From: an uncultured Clostridiaceae bacterium
Lineage (GTDB): Bacteria; Bacillota; Clostridia; JAAYHZ01
Length of the DNA: 53,336 nt
NCBI GenBank assembly: GCA_964547525.1
Contig: CAZJOD010000001.1
Coordinates: forward strand, 23,792 to 77,127
Direction: 5' to 3'
Below, piece after piece: positions 10,901-19,713 of this stretch. How positions within the stretch are numbered: the stretch's first letter is position 1; each line of letters starts with the position of its first letter. A model generated the notes under the pieces. That model had not been told where the DNA came from and searched no databases. It saw only the letters and a program-made list of their open reading frames with translations. Position numbers and translations under genes: made by a program.

Positions 10901-11610
10901 TCAGCAAGCTCACAAAGACCTGTCATTATATATCCGTATTCTTCGGTATATCTCCATGACACTTTGTACTCACGTATTCTGTCGTCCGGCACAACTTCGC
11001 ATATCTTCTTTTTTAACGTAACCAACCGCTGATAAGACTTTGCAGCTTTTAAACCTTCAATTTTAGCTTTCTCGGGATCACTCGTAATAATCCGGGAATA
11101 CATGCTTTTCTTTTCGTCTGAATACTCGGACTGCAAACTGTAGGGTATGTTTTCGTAGTCCATATCTCTAAAATAGAAGAAGCTTCTTTGTTTTTGTTCG
11201 GTGTTTGCCAGAATACCGTATTCTATCTCTAGAGCGGTCACACTCATCTCATCCGGACAACCGTCTATAATATAACCCTTTTCAGTGGCAACCGATGCAA
11301 TCCTGTCATGTTCGGGGATATATCCGTAACGATCTCCTAACAGTACAATCATAAACGGTTTGCAACGATCAATCTCATCCAGACATACTTTTAAAACCCT
11401 ATGTTCTTTCTTCTCATAGTCCGATAGAGATCCGGTTTCCACACCCCATCTAAGATCGATTATTTCCAATTCCAATTTACTTTTACGCAATTCATCTTCA
11501 AGACGCTTAATTTGAGGGTGATCTCTCAACATATCTCTTTCGGCATGCATATCACGAAATGTACTTGAAATAAAAACCGGTTGAGTATGACGATATTTAT
11601 TCTTTGACAT
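7957..11610 (-). CDS. DUF4062 + STAND/NACHT-like NTPase + TPR protein (NLR-like)
   Basis: VFISSTFRDMHAERD and LLGDRYG..SVTALEIEYG (DUF4062); Walker A GPTGSGKSS; Walker B VVIFLD; about 8 long TPR-like repeats (..YPDNxEYKRD..) in the C-terminal third. Confidence 0.85.
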   Translation of the reverse strand: MSKNKYRHTQPVFISSTFRDMHAERDMLRDHPQIKRLEDELRKSKLELEIIDLRWGVETGSLSDYEKKEHRVLKVCLDEIDRCKPFMIVLLGDRYGYIPEHDRIASVATEKGYIIDGCPDEMSVTALEIEYGILANTEQKQRSFFYFRDMDYENIPYSLQSEYSDEKKSMYSRIITSDPEKAKIEGLKAAKSYQRLVTLKKKICEVVPDDRIREYKVSWRYTEEYGYIMTGLCELAEMIRQDILKELKSELEETEYKDMTVDDLYTDTLDDFIYDRSRNFEGREELLDLLTWQVLNNDTDNNINVVVGPTGSGKSSIFAYLYNKLSKQFFSFGEKLFLLAHSCGIAQGSVRTIDILKRWNNSLAFELGITDHLKKEPDDILLNNKRTYDRLSLDDNIIAFKGLLNAICKIKKVVIFLDAPERGEMNEVWRHLLWLPPLLPSNCALLVTGLDGNVTEALKSKGAKFYRVDCLQSDQVKSIAVGIAKRYHKELDYKILDKIVQKCLHNNAVPLYLTMIIESLLLLDKDDYSMLYKEDYKKYVSEDEKLTQMILNDLSLMPDGIEELFLFLINKYSERFKCGWLSSLMEYIAISGYGLRETDLAGVFESFGTIWVTEEFAYARRLLRAHLVQLGDEGQWDYTHNFFRLAVIKTMSDDRKKSIHEQLAGVFLKKLVSDLSFKEPIDTFASSQVMFHMYHADMKKEAADYLVKCHMNNVLLSDSVDVIATELEKDVAEHDEHMLNWLDGLLTEPTLSEEHYIIICNVLDKPLMERIKYSVSQKSIGHILHTINDKLRTLDFNNKCVKEEMATNNLLLGDWYDSVQNKKTAGYFYKKAYETIYDLALTFYDIPEYRMNVSTCLDKIGLWYQSQNDFNTTGELFEEALNIARELAVAYSENIYFKNILNVSLHRMGDWCFLQQDINSALALYEDSLETVKLLADLYPDNFEYKRDTGISFDNLGECHFENNDVETAETFFKKAMDIRESMADRHPDNAEYKRDLSVSFDRMADCKQCKHQIEEEKVYRNKSLKIRKNLADKSPDIPRYKREVAVCLMKYGDMCKRRKDTQLAMYNYNEALIIVMELSEIYTENPEYIRDENTVLTLLGECYHIQENFYMAKECFEKAQVNMTVLSERYPQISEYIRDVALNSFKLGKLLENINDLEAKKNYEKAVKIYYNLLEQYPYSKVYEHDLKECLLSLGYLCMKDDPVSGLKYLKEAISY

Positions 11611-11661
11611 ACAATTTTCTCCTTGCTATTAACTTAATCTTCAGTAAATTGCAAAACACCG

Positions 11662-12687
11662 TTATCTTTTAAACGGTACTTCATATCCCTTTTGTGAAAT
11701 TACAAAATCATCAGATGTTCCGATTATAAATGCTTTAAAAAATGCGATTTGGCTTTTCAATTCTTTTGTCATATTCTCATCCAATCTTTCTATAAATTCA
11801 AGAACTTCACCGGCTTTTATATTTTGTGTAATAATAAGTTGAATAAAAAACTTACCTTCGGACCGGTTATATATTATTTTATCATTAACATCAGTCAATA
11901 TGAAATCATATTTTTGACCTGAGTCAAACCTTATTGTTATATCTTTATCAGTATTATTTTTTATGCTAATTTTCATTTCTATTAAACCGTCATTTTGTTC
12001 TATAGACGGCTCTACTGAAATTTGTTCATCGTTTTTAGATATCAAATCGATAAACTTATCGAATATAAATAATGCTTCAGCTCTTGTACTAAAAGTTTTA
12101 GGAGAAAATTTTCCGTTTATTCCCTTAATTAATCCCATTTCATAAGCTCTACCGACATCATCTCTGACAAGCGGGTCTATTTCCAATTCATCCGAGAACA
12201 TACTTAAATCATAAATTTTTTTATCAGGCTTATATCCTGTTTTGTAAAAATATGATCTTAAAAAATACATGACCATCTCTTCACGTGTCACATATTCCGA
12301 CGGCCTGAAACTTCCGTTACCGTCCACAATTCCGGTAGTTACAAGATCAATTAATTCACCGGAGAACCAGTAATCGTTTTTGACATCATCAAAATTTTTT
12401 GTTATGTCAGGTGCGGCAAAATAATATATTCTAATATCTAAAACTCTGTGAAGCAGTACTGCAAACTGCGCACGAGTCATTAATGTATCAGGAGAAAACT
12501 TTCCTCCTCCAATACCTTTTAAAAGCCCCATATCAGTCATTTTTTCAATTAAGCTTTCAGCCCGGTGCCCGGCAATATCATTATAGTAAGGTTTTTGCTC
12601 CGACAAACCTACTTGTGCGAATACCGGTGTCACCACCTGTAAAATAGATAGTATAATAACTGTAATCGTTGTTATATACCGTTTCAT
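11662..12687 (-). CDS. Secreted SLH-domain protein with C-terminal BsuPI (intracellular proteinase inhibitor) domain
   Basis: Signal peptide; three SLH repeats (FSPD..TRAQ, FRP..TREE, FSP..TRAE); FDSGQKYDF..SEGKFF BsuPI motif; GGAGG before ATG 12687. Confidence 0.8.
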   Translation of the reverse strand: MKRYITTITVIILSILQVVTPVFAQVGLSEQKPYYNDIAGHRAESLIEKMTDMGLLKGIGGGKFSPDTLMTRAQFAVLLHRVLDIRIYYFAAPDITKNFDDVKNDYWFSGELIDLVTTGIVDGNGSFRPSEYVTREEMVMYFLRSYFYKTGYKPDKKIYDLSMFSDELEIDPLVRDDVGRAYEMGLIKGINGKFSPKTFSTRAEALFIFDKFIDLISKNDEQISVEPSIEQNDGLIEMKISIKNNTDKDITIRFDSGQKYDFILTDVNDKIIYNRSEGKFFIQLIITQNIKAGEVLEFIERLDENMTKELKSQIAFFKAFIIGTSDDFVISQKGYEVPFKR

Positions 12688-12717
12688 AATAACCTCCAAA
12701 TCTTTTACATTATATTA

Positions 12718-12914
12718 TGATTCTACTACAAAAACCCTGTTTTATTGCAATAAACGAGCGAACATTGAACCGAAGTTACAATTGGTGAAGGTGTTTTCAA
12801 TCATAAAGCGGCATCGGTATAATTATACCTTATGCAGCGACATTGAAAATGCAAACCAAACCATAATGATTTCAACGCCGGTTCACAAGTAAGTGAGTTA
12901 TTGCAATGAAATCA
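12718..12914 (+). mobile_element. MITE-like repeat, copy 1 (longest, 197 bp)
   Basis: Ends TGATTCTACTACAAAAA...TTATTGCAATGAAATCA; flanked by TATTA/TATTA; core CGAGCGAACATTGAACCGAAGTTA is identical to the copy at 20204. Confidence 0.85.
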
Positions 12915-12927
12915 TATTATATAGTTA

Positions 12928-12955
12928 TTGACGTTTACAGTCTTGTACAGGTTCC
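12928..12955 (-). promoter_or_regulatory. ECF-sigma-type promoter for the SLH-BsuPI gene
   Basis: Minus strand GGAACC-16 nt-CGTCAA resembles SigM/W/X-type (TGAAAC-N16-CGTC) promoters. Confidence 0.55.
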
Positions 12956-13156
12956 GTTTAAATCCAAAAAAAAATAGATTATTATGGAAATTGTGTACCA
13001 AAATTTTGATTACAAAAAATATTACTATATTATGATAATACCATTAATCGTTAATATAACAAATATAATCTATTATCCTAATGAAGAACTTTATTTTATT
13101 CCAATAGACCGGCGAACATTAAAACTTAGTCCCTGTAAAATCAAATATTTTAAAGG

Positions 13157-13188
13157 ATAAAAAAATAGGGCTTGTGCCCTATTTTTAT
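13157..13188 (-). terminator. Intrinsic terminator
   Basis: AAAAATAGGGC-ttgt-GCCCTATTTTT hairpin just downstream of the stop at 13198. Confidence 0.75.
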
Positions 13189-13197
13189 AACAGGTTA

Positions 13198-13647
13198 TTA
13201 ATCGATGGTAATATGTACTTCACAACAATCACCGGTCATTAAAGTGCTCTTGACTGTTATTTTGTCACTACCGACTGTATTATCGGTAACAGCTGTTATC
13301 ATTGCTTTCATAGGATCAAGACACCAGCCGTTACAAGGATTGGCTCCGCCCATCCTTTTAGATAAAGCGCAAAGCTTACAACTGCCGGCTTTTGCTATGT
13401 AACCGTCGGTCACTTTTTCAACTTTCCAATCGGCACACCCGAAAATTTCCGCCAGCTTTGTAAAAACCTCATCAATCGATTCTACACCTAATTGCCGGTT
13501 CATAAGCGGTGCTGTTTGTGCCTGTCTCTCTTTCTTTTTCTCAACCACATAATCCAGTACCTTCATTTTTTCATAGGTATTAACCGTCTCGGCGATAGAT
13601 GCCGCATATGTGTTTTGCAATAAAGCCAATTTCTTTTCAATTTCCAT
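13198..13647 (-). CDS. Small Cys-rich protein, probable V4R/ATC-hydrolase-like fold
   Basis: SCKLC, PCNGWC, STLMTGDCCEV pattern typical of V4R-like domains. Confidence 0.55.
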   Translation of the reverse strand: MEIEKKLALLQNTYAASIAETVNTYEKMKVLDYVVEKKKERQAQTAPLMNRQLGVESIDEVFTKLAEIFGCADWKVEKVTDGYIAKAGSCKLCALSKRMGGANPCNGWCLDPMKAMITAVTDNTVGSDKITVKSTLMTGDCCEVHITID

Positions 13648-13664
13648 TTAAAACACTTCCTTTC

Positions 13665-13678
13665 TTAACGTTCGTTAA
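13665..13678. promoter_or_regulatory. Putative TetR operator, copy 2
   Basis: TTAACGTTCGTTAA, identical to 14275-14288, immediately upstream of the RBS of 13198..13647. Confidence 0.75.
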
Positions 13679-13694
13679 TCATATTTTAAAAAAA

Positions 13695-14255
13695 TTATAG
13701 TGCATCCCTAAGGACACACGAGATTTCGCACCGTATTTCATCTTTAGGCAAATAACGATTTTTTACTACAATACTTTCTATTAAATTTTCCAATAGATGT
13801 ACTAATGTTCTTACTACTACAACTCCGTCTTTACTATTCTTTAAATGCGGCATAACCAATCTGTAGTGTCTTGGTAAGATGGATTTTTCCCACTTATCCA
13901 TTAACTCCATCAATTCATCGTCACCGTCAAACGATAAATATACTTTCACTCCTAATCGATATATTTTTTTATCGTAATCGTTTAAATGGTTTATGATATA
14001 AACGAATTCCGTATAGTAATCAATAATATTATCAATTTTTACTTGTGCTGACAATCTGTTTAACAATTCGAAATAGTCATTTTTAATTATTTCATGGAAT
14101 AGCTCTTTCTTGCTTTTAAAGTAATAATATACCATAGGCAAAGAACAATTTGCATCACCGGCAATATTACGTATGGTAGTTCCGTGATATCCGTCTTTAT
14201 TAAAATGATCTACAGCGATTTCCTTTATCTTTTTTCTTAAATCGGAATCTGTCAT
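13695..14255 (-). CDS. TetR/AcrR family regulator
   Basis: GYHGTTIRNIA..SLPMVYYYFKSKKELF HTH; ATG 14255 with AAAGGA RBS. Confidence 0.9.
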   Translation of the reverse strand: MTDSDLRKKIKEIAVDHFNKDGYHGTTIRNIAGDANCSLPMVYYYFKSKKELFHEIIKNDYFELLNRLSAQVKIDNIIDYYTEFVYIINHLNDYDKKIYRLGVKVYLSFDGDDELMELMDKWEKSILPRHYRLVMPHLKNSKDGVVVVRTLVHLLENLIESIVVKNRYLPKDEIRCEISCVLRDAL

Positions 14256-14274
14256 TTTTATATCCTTTCCATAT

Positions 14275-14318
14275 TTAACGTTCGTTAAGATTATATAACA
14301 CAATAAAAAAAAATGCAA
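14275..14318 (-). promoter_or_regulatory. SigA promoter of tetR with adjacent operator
   Basis: TTGCAT (14318-14313), 17 nt, TATAAT (14295-14290); operator TTAACG-TT-CGTTAA at 14275-14288 lies over the expected start site. Confidence 0.75.
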
Positions 14319-14457
14319 CAGTTTCATATATAAAATTTATCGATTTGTTGATTTTACACATTTCCTATTTAAACGTAACGAATTTGTACTAATATTAAGT
14401 ACCTTTCATTAATTTTATCATATAATAAAGCAGGCAAGTGTATTAAAAGGAGAGGTT

Positions 14458-15744
14458 ATGCAAATTCATGTAGTTCAAGAAGGACAATCAATATTTAGTA
14501 TAGCGGGATTATATAACACCACCGTTGCAGCTATTACAAGTGCTAATGAAGTTCCTAATCCGAATCGGTTGGTTGTAGGACAAACATTGGTTATACCCAT
14601 AATAGGAAGTTTCTATTGGGTTCAGCCGGGAGACAGTTTATACAGTATAGCACAAATGTACGGAATAAGTTATCAAGAGCTTGCACGTATTAACAGTATC
14701 TCTGTGACCGGACCTTTGCAAGTGGGGTTAAGGTTATATATTCCTCCCCAACCGAAAACAGAGGTGGAAATCAATGCATATGTGGAACCAATAGGTACAA
14801 CGGTAACGCAGGAATTGCAGCAGTCGGCTCAAAAAGCCGCACCGTATCTGACTTACCTTGCACCTTTCAGCTATAGAATACAAAGGGACGGCAGTCTGCA
14901 GGCACCATTACTTGATAATTTCCCTGCCATAGCCGAAGCTAACGATGCAACATTGATGATGGTAGTTACAAACCTTGAAGAAGGGCAATTCAGTGCGGAA
15001 TTAGGACGAATAGTATTAACAAACGAAGAGGTTCAAAACAATCTGTTGAACAATATAATAGAAACTGCAAGACAATTAAACTTCAGAGATATACATTTTG
15101 ATATGGAATTTTTGCCACCGGAGTTAACAGAAAATTATAATGATTTTTTAAGAAAAGCAAAGGTTCGTTTATCCTCTGAAGGCTATTTAATGTCAACGGC
15201 TTTAGCACCAAAGACAAGAGCCGACCAGCCGGGTGCATGGTATGAAGCTCACGATTACAGAACACATGGAGAAATAGCGGATTTTGTAGTTATTATGACA
15301 TACGAGTGGGGTTATAGCGGCGGACCTCCAATGGCCGTATCACCTATAGGACCGGTACGAGATGTACTTGAATATGCTCTTACCGAAATGCCTTCATATA
15401 AAATAATGATGGGCCAAAATCTATACGGCTACGATTGGACATTACCATATGTGCCCGGAGGACCTTATGCAAGGGCTGTGAGTCCTCAGCGCGCTATTGA
15501 GCTTGCAGCGGAAAATAACGTGCCTATTGAATATGATTATACGGCACAAGCTCCATATTTTAGTTATACCAACGCAACCGGGAGTGAACATATAGTATGG
15601 TTTGAAGACGCAAGGTCGATTCAGGCAAAATTTGATCTGGTAAAAGAGTTGGATTTAAGAGGGGTAAGTTATTGGAAGCTAGGACTTTCTTTCCCACAAA
15701 ATTGGCTTTTAATAGAAGAAAACTTTGATGTGATTAAAAGATAA
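14458..15744 (+). CDS. yaaH: Spore cortical fragment-lytic N-acetylglucosaminidase (2x LysM + GH18)
   Basis: MQIHVVQ..LVVGQTLVIPI LysM pair, HFDMEFL catalytic motif, IMTYEWGYSGGPPMAVSPI; closely resembles Bacillus YaaH/SleL. Confidence 0.9.
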   Translation: MQIHVVQEGQSIFSIAGLYNTTVAAITSANEVPNPNRLVVGQTLVIPIIGSFYWVQPGDSLYSIAQMYGISYQELARINSISVTGPLQVGLRLYIPPQPKTEVEINAYVEPIGTTVTQELQQSAQKAAPYLTYLAPFSYRIQRDGSLQAPLLDNFPAIAEANDATLMMVVTNLEEGQFSAELGRIVLTNEEVQNNLLNNIIETARQLNFRDIHFDMEFLPPELTENYNDFLRKAKVRLSSEGYLMSTALAPKTRADQPGAWYEAHDYRTHGEIADFVVIMTYEWGYSGGPPMAVSPIGPVRDVLEYALTEMPSYKIMMGQNLYGYDWTLPYVPGGPYARAVSPQRAIELAAENNVPIEYDYTAQAPYFSYTNATGSEHIVWFEDARSIQAKFDLVKELDLRGVSYWKLGLSFPQNWLLIEENFDVIKR

Positions 15745-15774
15745 AATACATAAACCCATTAGACATTTCATTGC

Positions 15775-15815
15775 AGGGGTACTTCGATTATTATTTAAAT
15801 ATCGTTGTACCCTTT
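15775..15815 (+). terminator. Probable terminator hairpin after yaaH
   Basis: AGGGGTAC..CGAT / ATCG..GTACCCTT stem. Confidence 0.5.
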
Positions 15816-16076
15816 AAAAATTTACCGGATTTCTATTTTTGCTTCACTTCATCGGACCACAATCTATAAATATTTTTTTTGCAAAAAAATGCACATAAAT
15901 AAACTTTATAATAACTACAGATATTTTTTACCGATTTTTATTTACATTTAAATACTCTTGATTTATATGCATCTAAACGTTAAGATATTATTTAATAATA
16001 AACAGATCCGGTTGATTTGCATAAATTATTATACCATACAGAGGTCGGTTTATAATAATATATAGGGAGAAAATTA

Positions 16077-17186
16077 ATGCTTGATTATGATAACATGAGA
16101 GCCCAAAGAAGTTTTAATTGGAACGCAACTATTTTATGGCATCCTCTCCTTGAAATATCAGGGATAAGTGTTAGCGAGTACACAAAAAACCCAAAAGCGG
16201 GAGTTGAAGTGTTCAGCAAGAAAAATCGAAAAAGGGTTTATGATATGTTTGAAGGCCGTTTACGTGAGCCTGCCGTTTCCTGTCCTCCTATATCATACGG
16301 ACATTTAAATTCTATTGGTATCGATCTGGTATTCCCGGAAGGAAACGGTGAAGTTAATTATGTTCACAACGATCTTTCTATGGATGAATGTATCGCATTG
16401 TTTGATCGTGATATAGATTATGCCAAAACAGGTTATGTACTCAAACAAATGGAATATCAAAAAATATTACAGGAAGCTTATCCGGGTGAATCGGTAGGAT
16501 TGGCGTTTGCAGCCGAAGGTCCTATAACCGAAGCATATTTTTTAAGAGATATTAACGTTTATATGGATCCTTACGACCAACCCGAAAAACTTAAGATCCT
16601 GTTGGATAAAATATGCGACAGTGTCTTTAAATTTAAAAACGCATTTGCAGAATATAAAGGCCCCGGTAAAAGCTTTACTATTTATGACGACTGTGCCGCT
16701 CAATTTTCACCATGGATGTGGCCGGAGTTTGTTCTTCCCTACTGGGAAAAATATTTTAAAGCTTATACCAACGATCGAAGAGGCGTTCATTGTGAAGACA
16801 TGAAAGTCGAACATCTGAAGTTTTTAGAACAAATTAACATGACCGATTACGACCCAAGAATTTCACCTGCTCTAAATCCTGAAAATATTACGGCAAATAC
16901 CCGTGTTCCGTTTTCATGGTTTTTCGCTCCCATATATATACACAATATAGGGCTTGACGAGGTGGAGGATTTTGTTTTTAAAGCTGTTGCCGATGGTGCA
17001 TCCACACTTTTTACCCATGTAAGCGCCGATATGATTGACGATCTGTCTGTAAAAAAAGTTCTTAAATTTATAGACACGTGTGAAACCGTAAAGGATATTT
17101 TCAAAAAAGGCGGTACACGGTGCGACTTATTAACTCAAGTATCTGAAAAAGGGAAAATAAAATTTTGGAGCAAGTGGCCCAAATAA
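16077..17186 (+). CDS. Uroporphyrinogen decarboxylase / MtaA-CmuA methyltransferase-like protein
   Basis: EGPITEAY..YMDPYDQPEKL, DDCAAQFSP..EFVLPY, VHCED pattern. Confidence 0.6.
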   Translation: MLDYDNMRAQRSFNWNATILWHPLLEISGISVSEYTKNPKAGVEVFSKKNRKRVYDMFEGRLREPAVSCPPISYGHLNSIGIDLVFPEGNGEVNYVHNDLSMDECIALFDRDIDYAKTGYVLKQMEYQKILQEAYPGESVGLAFAAEGPITEAYFLRDINVYMDPYDQPEKLKILLDKICDSVFKFKNAFAEYKGPGKSFTIYDDCAAQFSPWMWPEFVLPYWEKYFKAYTNDRRGVHCEDMKVEHLKFLEQINMTDYDPRISPALNPENITANTRVPFSWFFAPIYIHNIGLDEVEDFVFKAVADGASTLFTHVSADMIDDLSVKKVLKFIDTCETVKDIFKKGGTRCDLLTQVSEKGKIKFWSKWPK

Positions 17187-17193
17187 ATACATT

Positions 17194-17238
17194 AAACTAA
17201 CCGGGTTTTAATAACAATTAAAATCCGGTTAGTTTTTT
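17194..17238 (+). terminator. Intrinsic terminator
   Basis: AAACTAACCGG...CCGGTTAGTTT stem followed by a T run. Confidence 0.7.
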
Positions 17239-17279
17239 AAAATCATAATATCGTATTAAACGATGAAAGGGGAAAAGCA

Positions 17280-18500
17280 ATGCATAACAAGATAGTAAAA
17301 TTAGGTTTAATCGGACTAGGCTCCAGGGGAAGAGGTTTGACTCGAAATCTGGTACATATTGACGGCATAGAAATTGTAGCTTTATGTGATATCAATCCGG
17401 CTTTTTTTGATGAACTATCAGAGTTTTTTGATAAGTCTCAAATACAAAAACCGGACTTTTATACCGATTATAATGAATTCCTTGCAAGATCGGATATTGA
17501 AGGTGTGGTAATCGCAACGAATTGGATAACTCACATACCTCTTGCCATAGCCGCCATGAAAGCCGGTAAATACGTGGGGGTTGAAGTCGGTGGTGCCGCA
17601 TCGATTGATGAATGTTGGCAGCTTGTAAGAGTGTCGGAGGAGACCAAAATCCCATGTATGCTCCTGGAGAATTGTTGTTACGGTAAATACGAGTTGATGG
17701 TTTTTAACATGATAAAAAAAGGCTTGTTTGGAGAAGTAGTACACTGCGAATGTGGATACGGTCACGATCTTCGAGGACTTGCAGGACGTAAGAATAATCG
17801 TTTGTATAATAATATGCACAGAAATGGTGATCTGTATCCCACACACGGAGTGGGACCTATTGCAAAAATGTTGAATATTAATCGTGGAAATCGTTTCGTT
17901 TCAATTACGTCTATGGCCTCAAAGGCGGTAGGATTAAAGGACTGGATCAAAAAACATAAAGATACGGATTATGAATTGGTAAACTTTGATTTTGTTAAAG
18001 GCGATGTAGTACAATCTCTGATAAAATGTGCTCACGGCGAAACTGTTTTGGTAACCCATAACGTTACTCTCCCCAGACCTTACTCACGGTTTAATGTTGT
18101 TCACGGAACCAATGGAATATATATGGAAGACAAAAAGGGTATCTTTATTGACGGCAAAACTGAAGATGAAAAATGGGATTGTATTGACGATTATTTTGAT
18201 GAATACGGACATCCTTTATGGAAAGAGTTTGAAGCAAGCGGTGTCAAAGGCGGTCACGGGGGGATGGATCCGTTAACATTAAAAGCTTTCGCAGACAGTG
18301 TCCGTAACAAAACTCAAACTCCTATTGATGTTTATGATACGGCTACTTGGATGGCTATAACCGTCCTATCGGAACAATCAATTTATACCGGCAGCGCTCC
18401 TATAGCATTCCCTGATTTTACCAATGGGAAATGGATAGATCGTGAAGAATCGGTAAAAAGCATATACTCCCTGGATGATGTTTATCCGAAAGATTCATAA
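17280..18500 (+). CDS. NAD-dependent glycosidase-like Gfo/Idh/MocA protein (GH109-like)
   Basis: GLIGLGSRG, LENCCY, LYPTHGVGP, LPRPYSR, GGHGGMD, FPDFTNGKW motifs. Confidence 0.85.
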   Translation: MHNKIVKLGLIGLGSRGRGLTRNLVHIDGIEIVALCDINPAFFDELSEFFDKSQIQKPDFYTDYNEFLARSDIEGVVIATNWITHIPLAIAAMKAGKYVGVEVGGAASIDECWQLVRVSEETKIPCMLLENCCYGKYELMVFNMIKKGLFGEVVHCECGYGHDLRGLAGRKNNRLYNNMHRNGDLYPTHGVGPIAKMLNINRGNRFVSITSMASKAVGLKDWIKKHKDTDYELVNFDFVKGDVVQSLIKCAHGETVLVTHNVTLPRPYSRFNVVHGTNGIYMEDKKGIFIDGKTEDEKWDCIDDYFDEYGHPLWKEFEASGVKGGHGGMDPLTLKAFADSVRNKTQTPIDVYDTATWMAITVLSEQSIYTGSAPIAFPDFTNGKWIDREESVKSIYSLDDVYPKDS

Positions 18501-18624
18501 TAATTTTATTATAAATATACATATATCCGGTTTAATATATTAAACAACGAGAAAAAGACGATTTTTACAGGTGTTTTACATGTGCCAAATATTTTTTAAA
18601 CCGGATCTATACACATTAAAAAAT

Positions 18625-18703
18625 TAATTTTACTGCAGTAACATTATTTTACCAAATGCAAAAACATTGAACTGTAAATTCAAAGGTTTATTGTATTAAC
18701 TCA
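18625..18703 (+). mobile_element. Highly degenerate MITE-like repeat copy
   Basis: TAATTTTACTGCAGTAAC..AACATTGAAC..AAGGT resembles the left half of the family; TTATTGTATTAACTCA resembles the right TIR and overlaps the ltaE stop. Confidence 0.35.
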
Positions 18704-19713
18704 ATAACCGCTTTTATTACATAATCTATATCATCTTTACTTATGTAATAATGAGTTACAAATCTATACTCTCCATCTTCACTTCCATTTATTTTAATGC
18801 CTTTTTTCAATAAACCGGTTATCAGGTCTTCACCTTTTAAAATGTCTTCAGGTATTGTAAAGAAAACCATATTGATATCCAACCGATTCTTATAAACATT
18901 TATACCGGTTATGTCGTTCAGTTTACCCGCCATATATTTGGCATTTTCATGATCAATCGCCAAACGTTCCGTTAGGTTTTCCAACGCATATATTCCCGGT
19001 GCGGCTAAAATACCGGTTTGTCTTAACCCTCCACCCATTAACTTTCTGTATTTTCTTGCTTTTTCAATAAATATTTTAGTACCTATAAGTAATGAACCTA
19101 TTGGCGCACACAATCCTTTTGACAGACAAATATTAATGGAATCCACGTACCTTGCCATATCCTTATTACCGATATCCAAAGCTTTTACAGCATTAAAATA
19201 TCTTGCTCCGTCAAGATGTACCGGTATATTGAATTCATCCGCCACCTTTTTGATCTCCATCATATTTTGCAGGCTTAAAACAGTACCGTCCGATCTTGCA
19301 TTTTCAAGACATATCAATCCGGTATCCGGATAGTGGATATCTTTTGACCTTATCATTTTTTTAAGTTTTAAAGGATCCATATATTTGTCAATAATGTCTA
19401 TACTCCTTGTTTGTACGCCTGAAATAACCGCTGCAGCGCCTACCTCATGCATAAGAACATGAGAATCGGATCCGACAATAATCTCGTCACCCCTTTTTGT
19501 ATGCGTAACAATAGCTAATTGGTTCCCAAAAGTTCCGCTGGGAACAAATAATGCGGCTTCCTTCCCCACCATATCCGCCGCCATATTCTCCAGCTTGATT
19601 ACGGTAGGATCGTCCCCATACACATCATCACCCACTGCGGCTGTTATCATAAGCTCTCTCATTTCCATAAGAGGAACGGTTACCGTATCGCTTCTTAAAT
19701 CAATATATTTCAT
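18688..19713 (-). CDS. ltaE: Low-specificity L-threonine aldolase
   Basis: IDLRSDTVT, GDDVYGDDPTV, HLDGAR, CLSKGLCAPIGS. Confidence 0.95.
   Translation of the reverse strand: MKYIDLRSDTVTVPLMEMRELMITAAVGDDVYGDDPTVIKLENMAADMVGKEAALFVPSGTFGNQLAIVTHTKRGDEIIVGSDSHVLMHEVGAAAVISGVQTRSIDIIDKYMDPLKLKKMIRSKDIHYPDTGLICLENARSDGTVLSLQNMMEIKKVADEFNIPVHLDGARYFNAVKALDIGNKDMARYVDSINICLSKGLCAPIGSLLIGTKIFIEKARKYRKLMGGGLRQTGILAAPGIYALENLTERLAIDHENAKYMAGKLNDITGINVYKNRLDINMVFFTIPEDILKGEDLITGLLKKGIKINGSEDGEYRFVTHYYISKDDIDYVIKAVIELIQ

Noticed and set aside
15872-15891. Palindrome ATTTTTTTTGCAAAAAAAT
   Set aside because: Low-complexity A/T runs; not distinguishable from chance.
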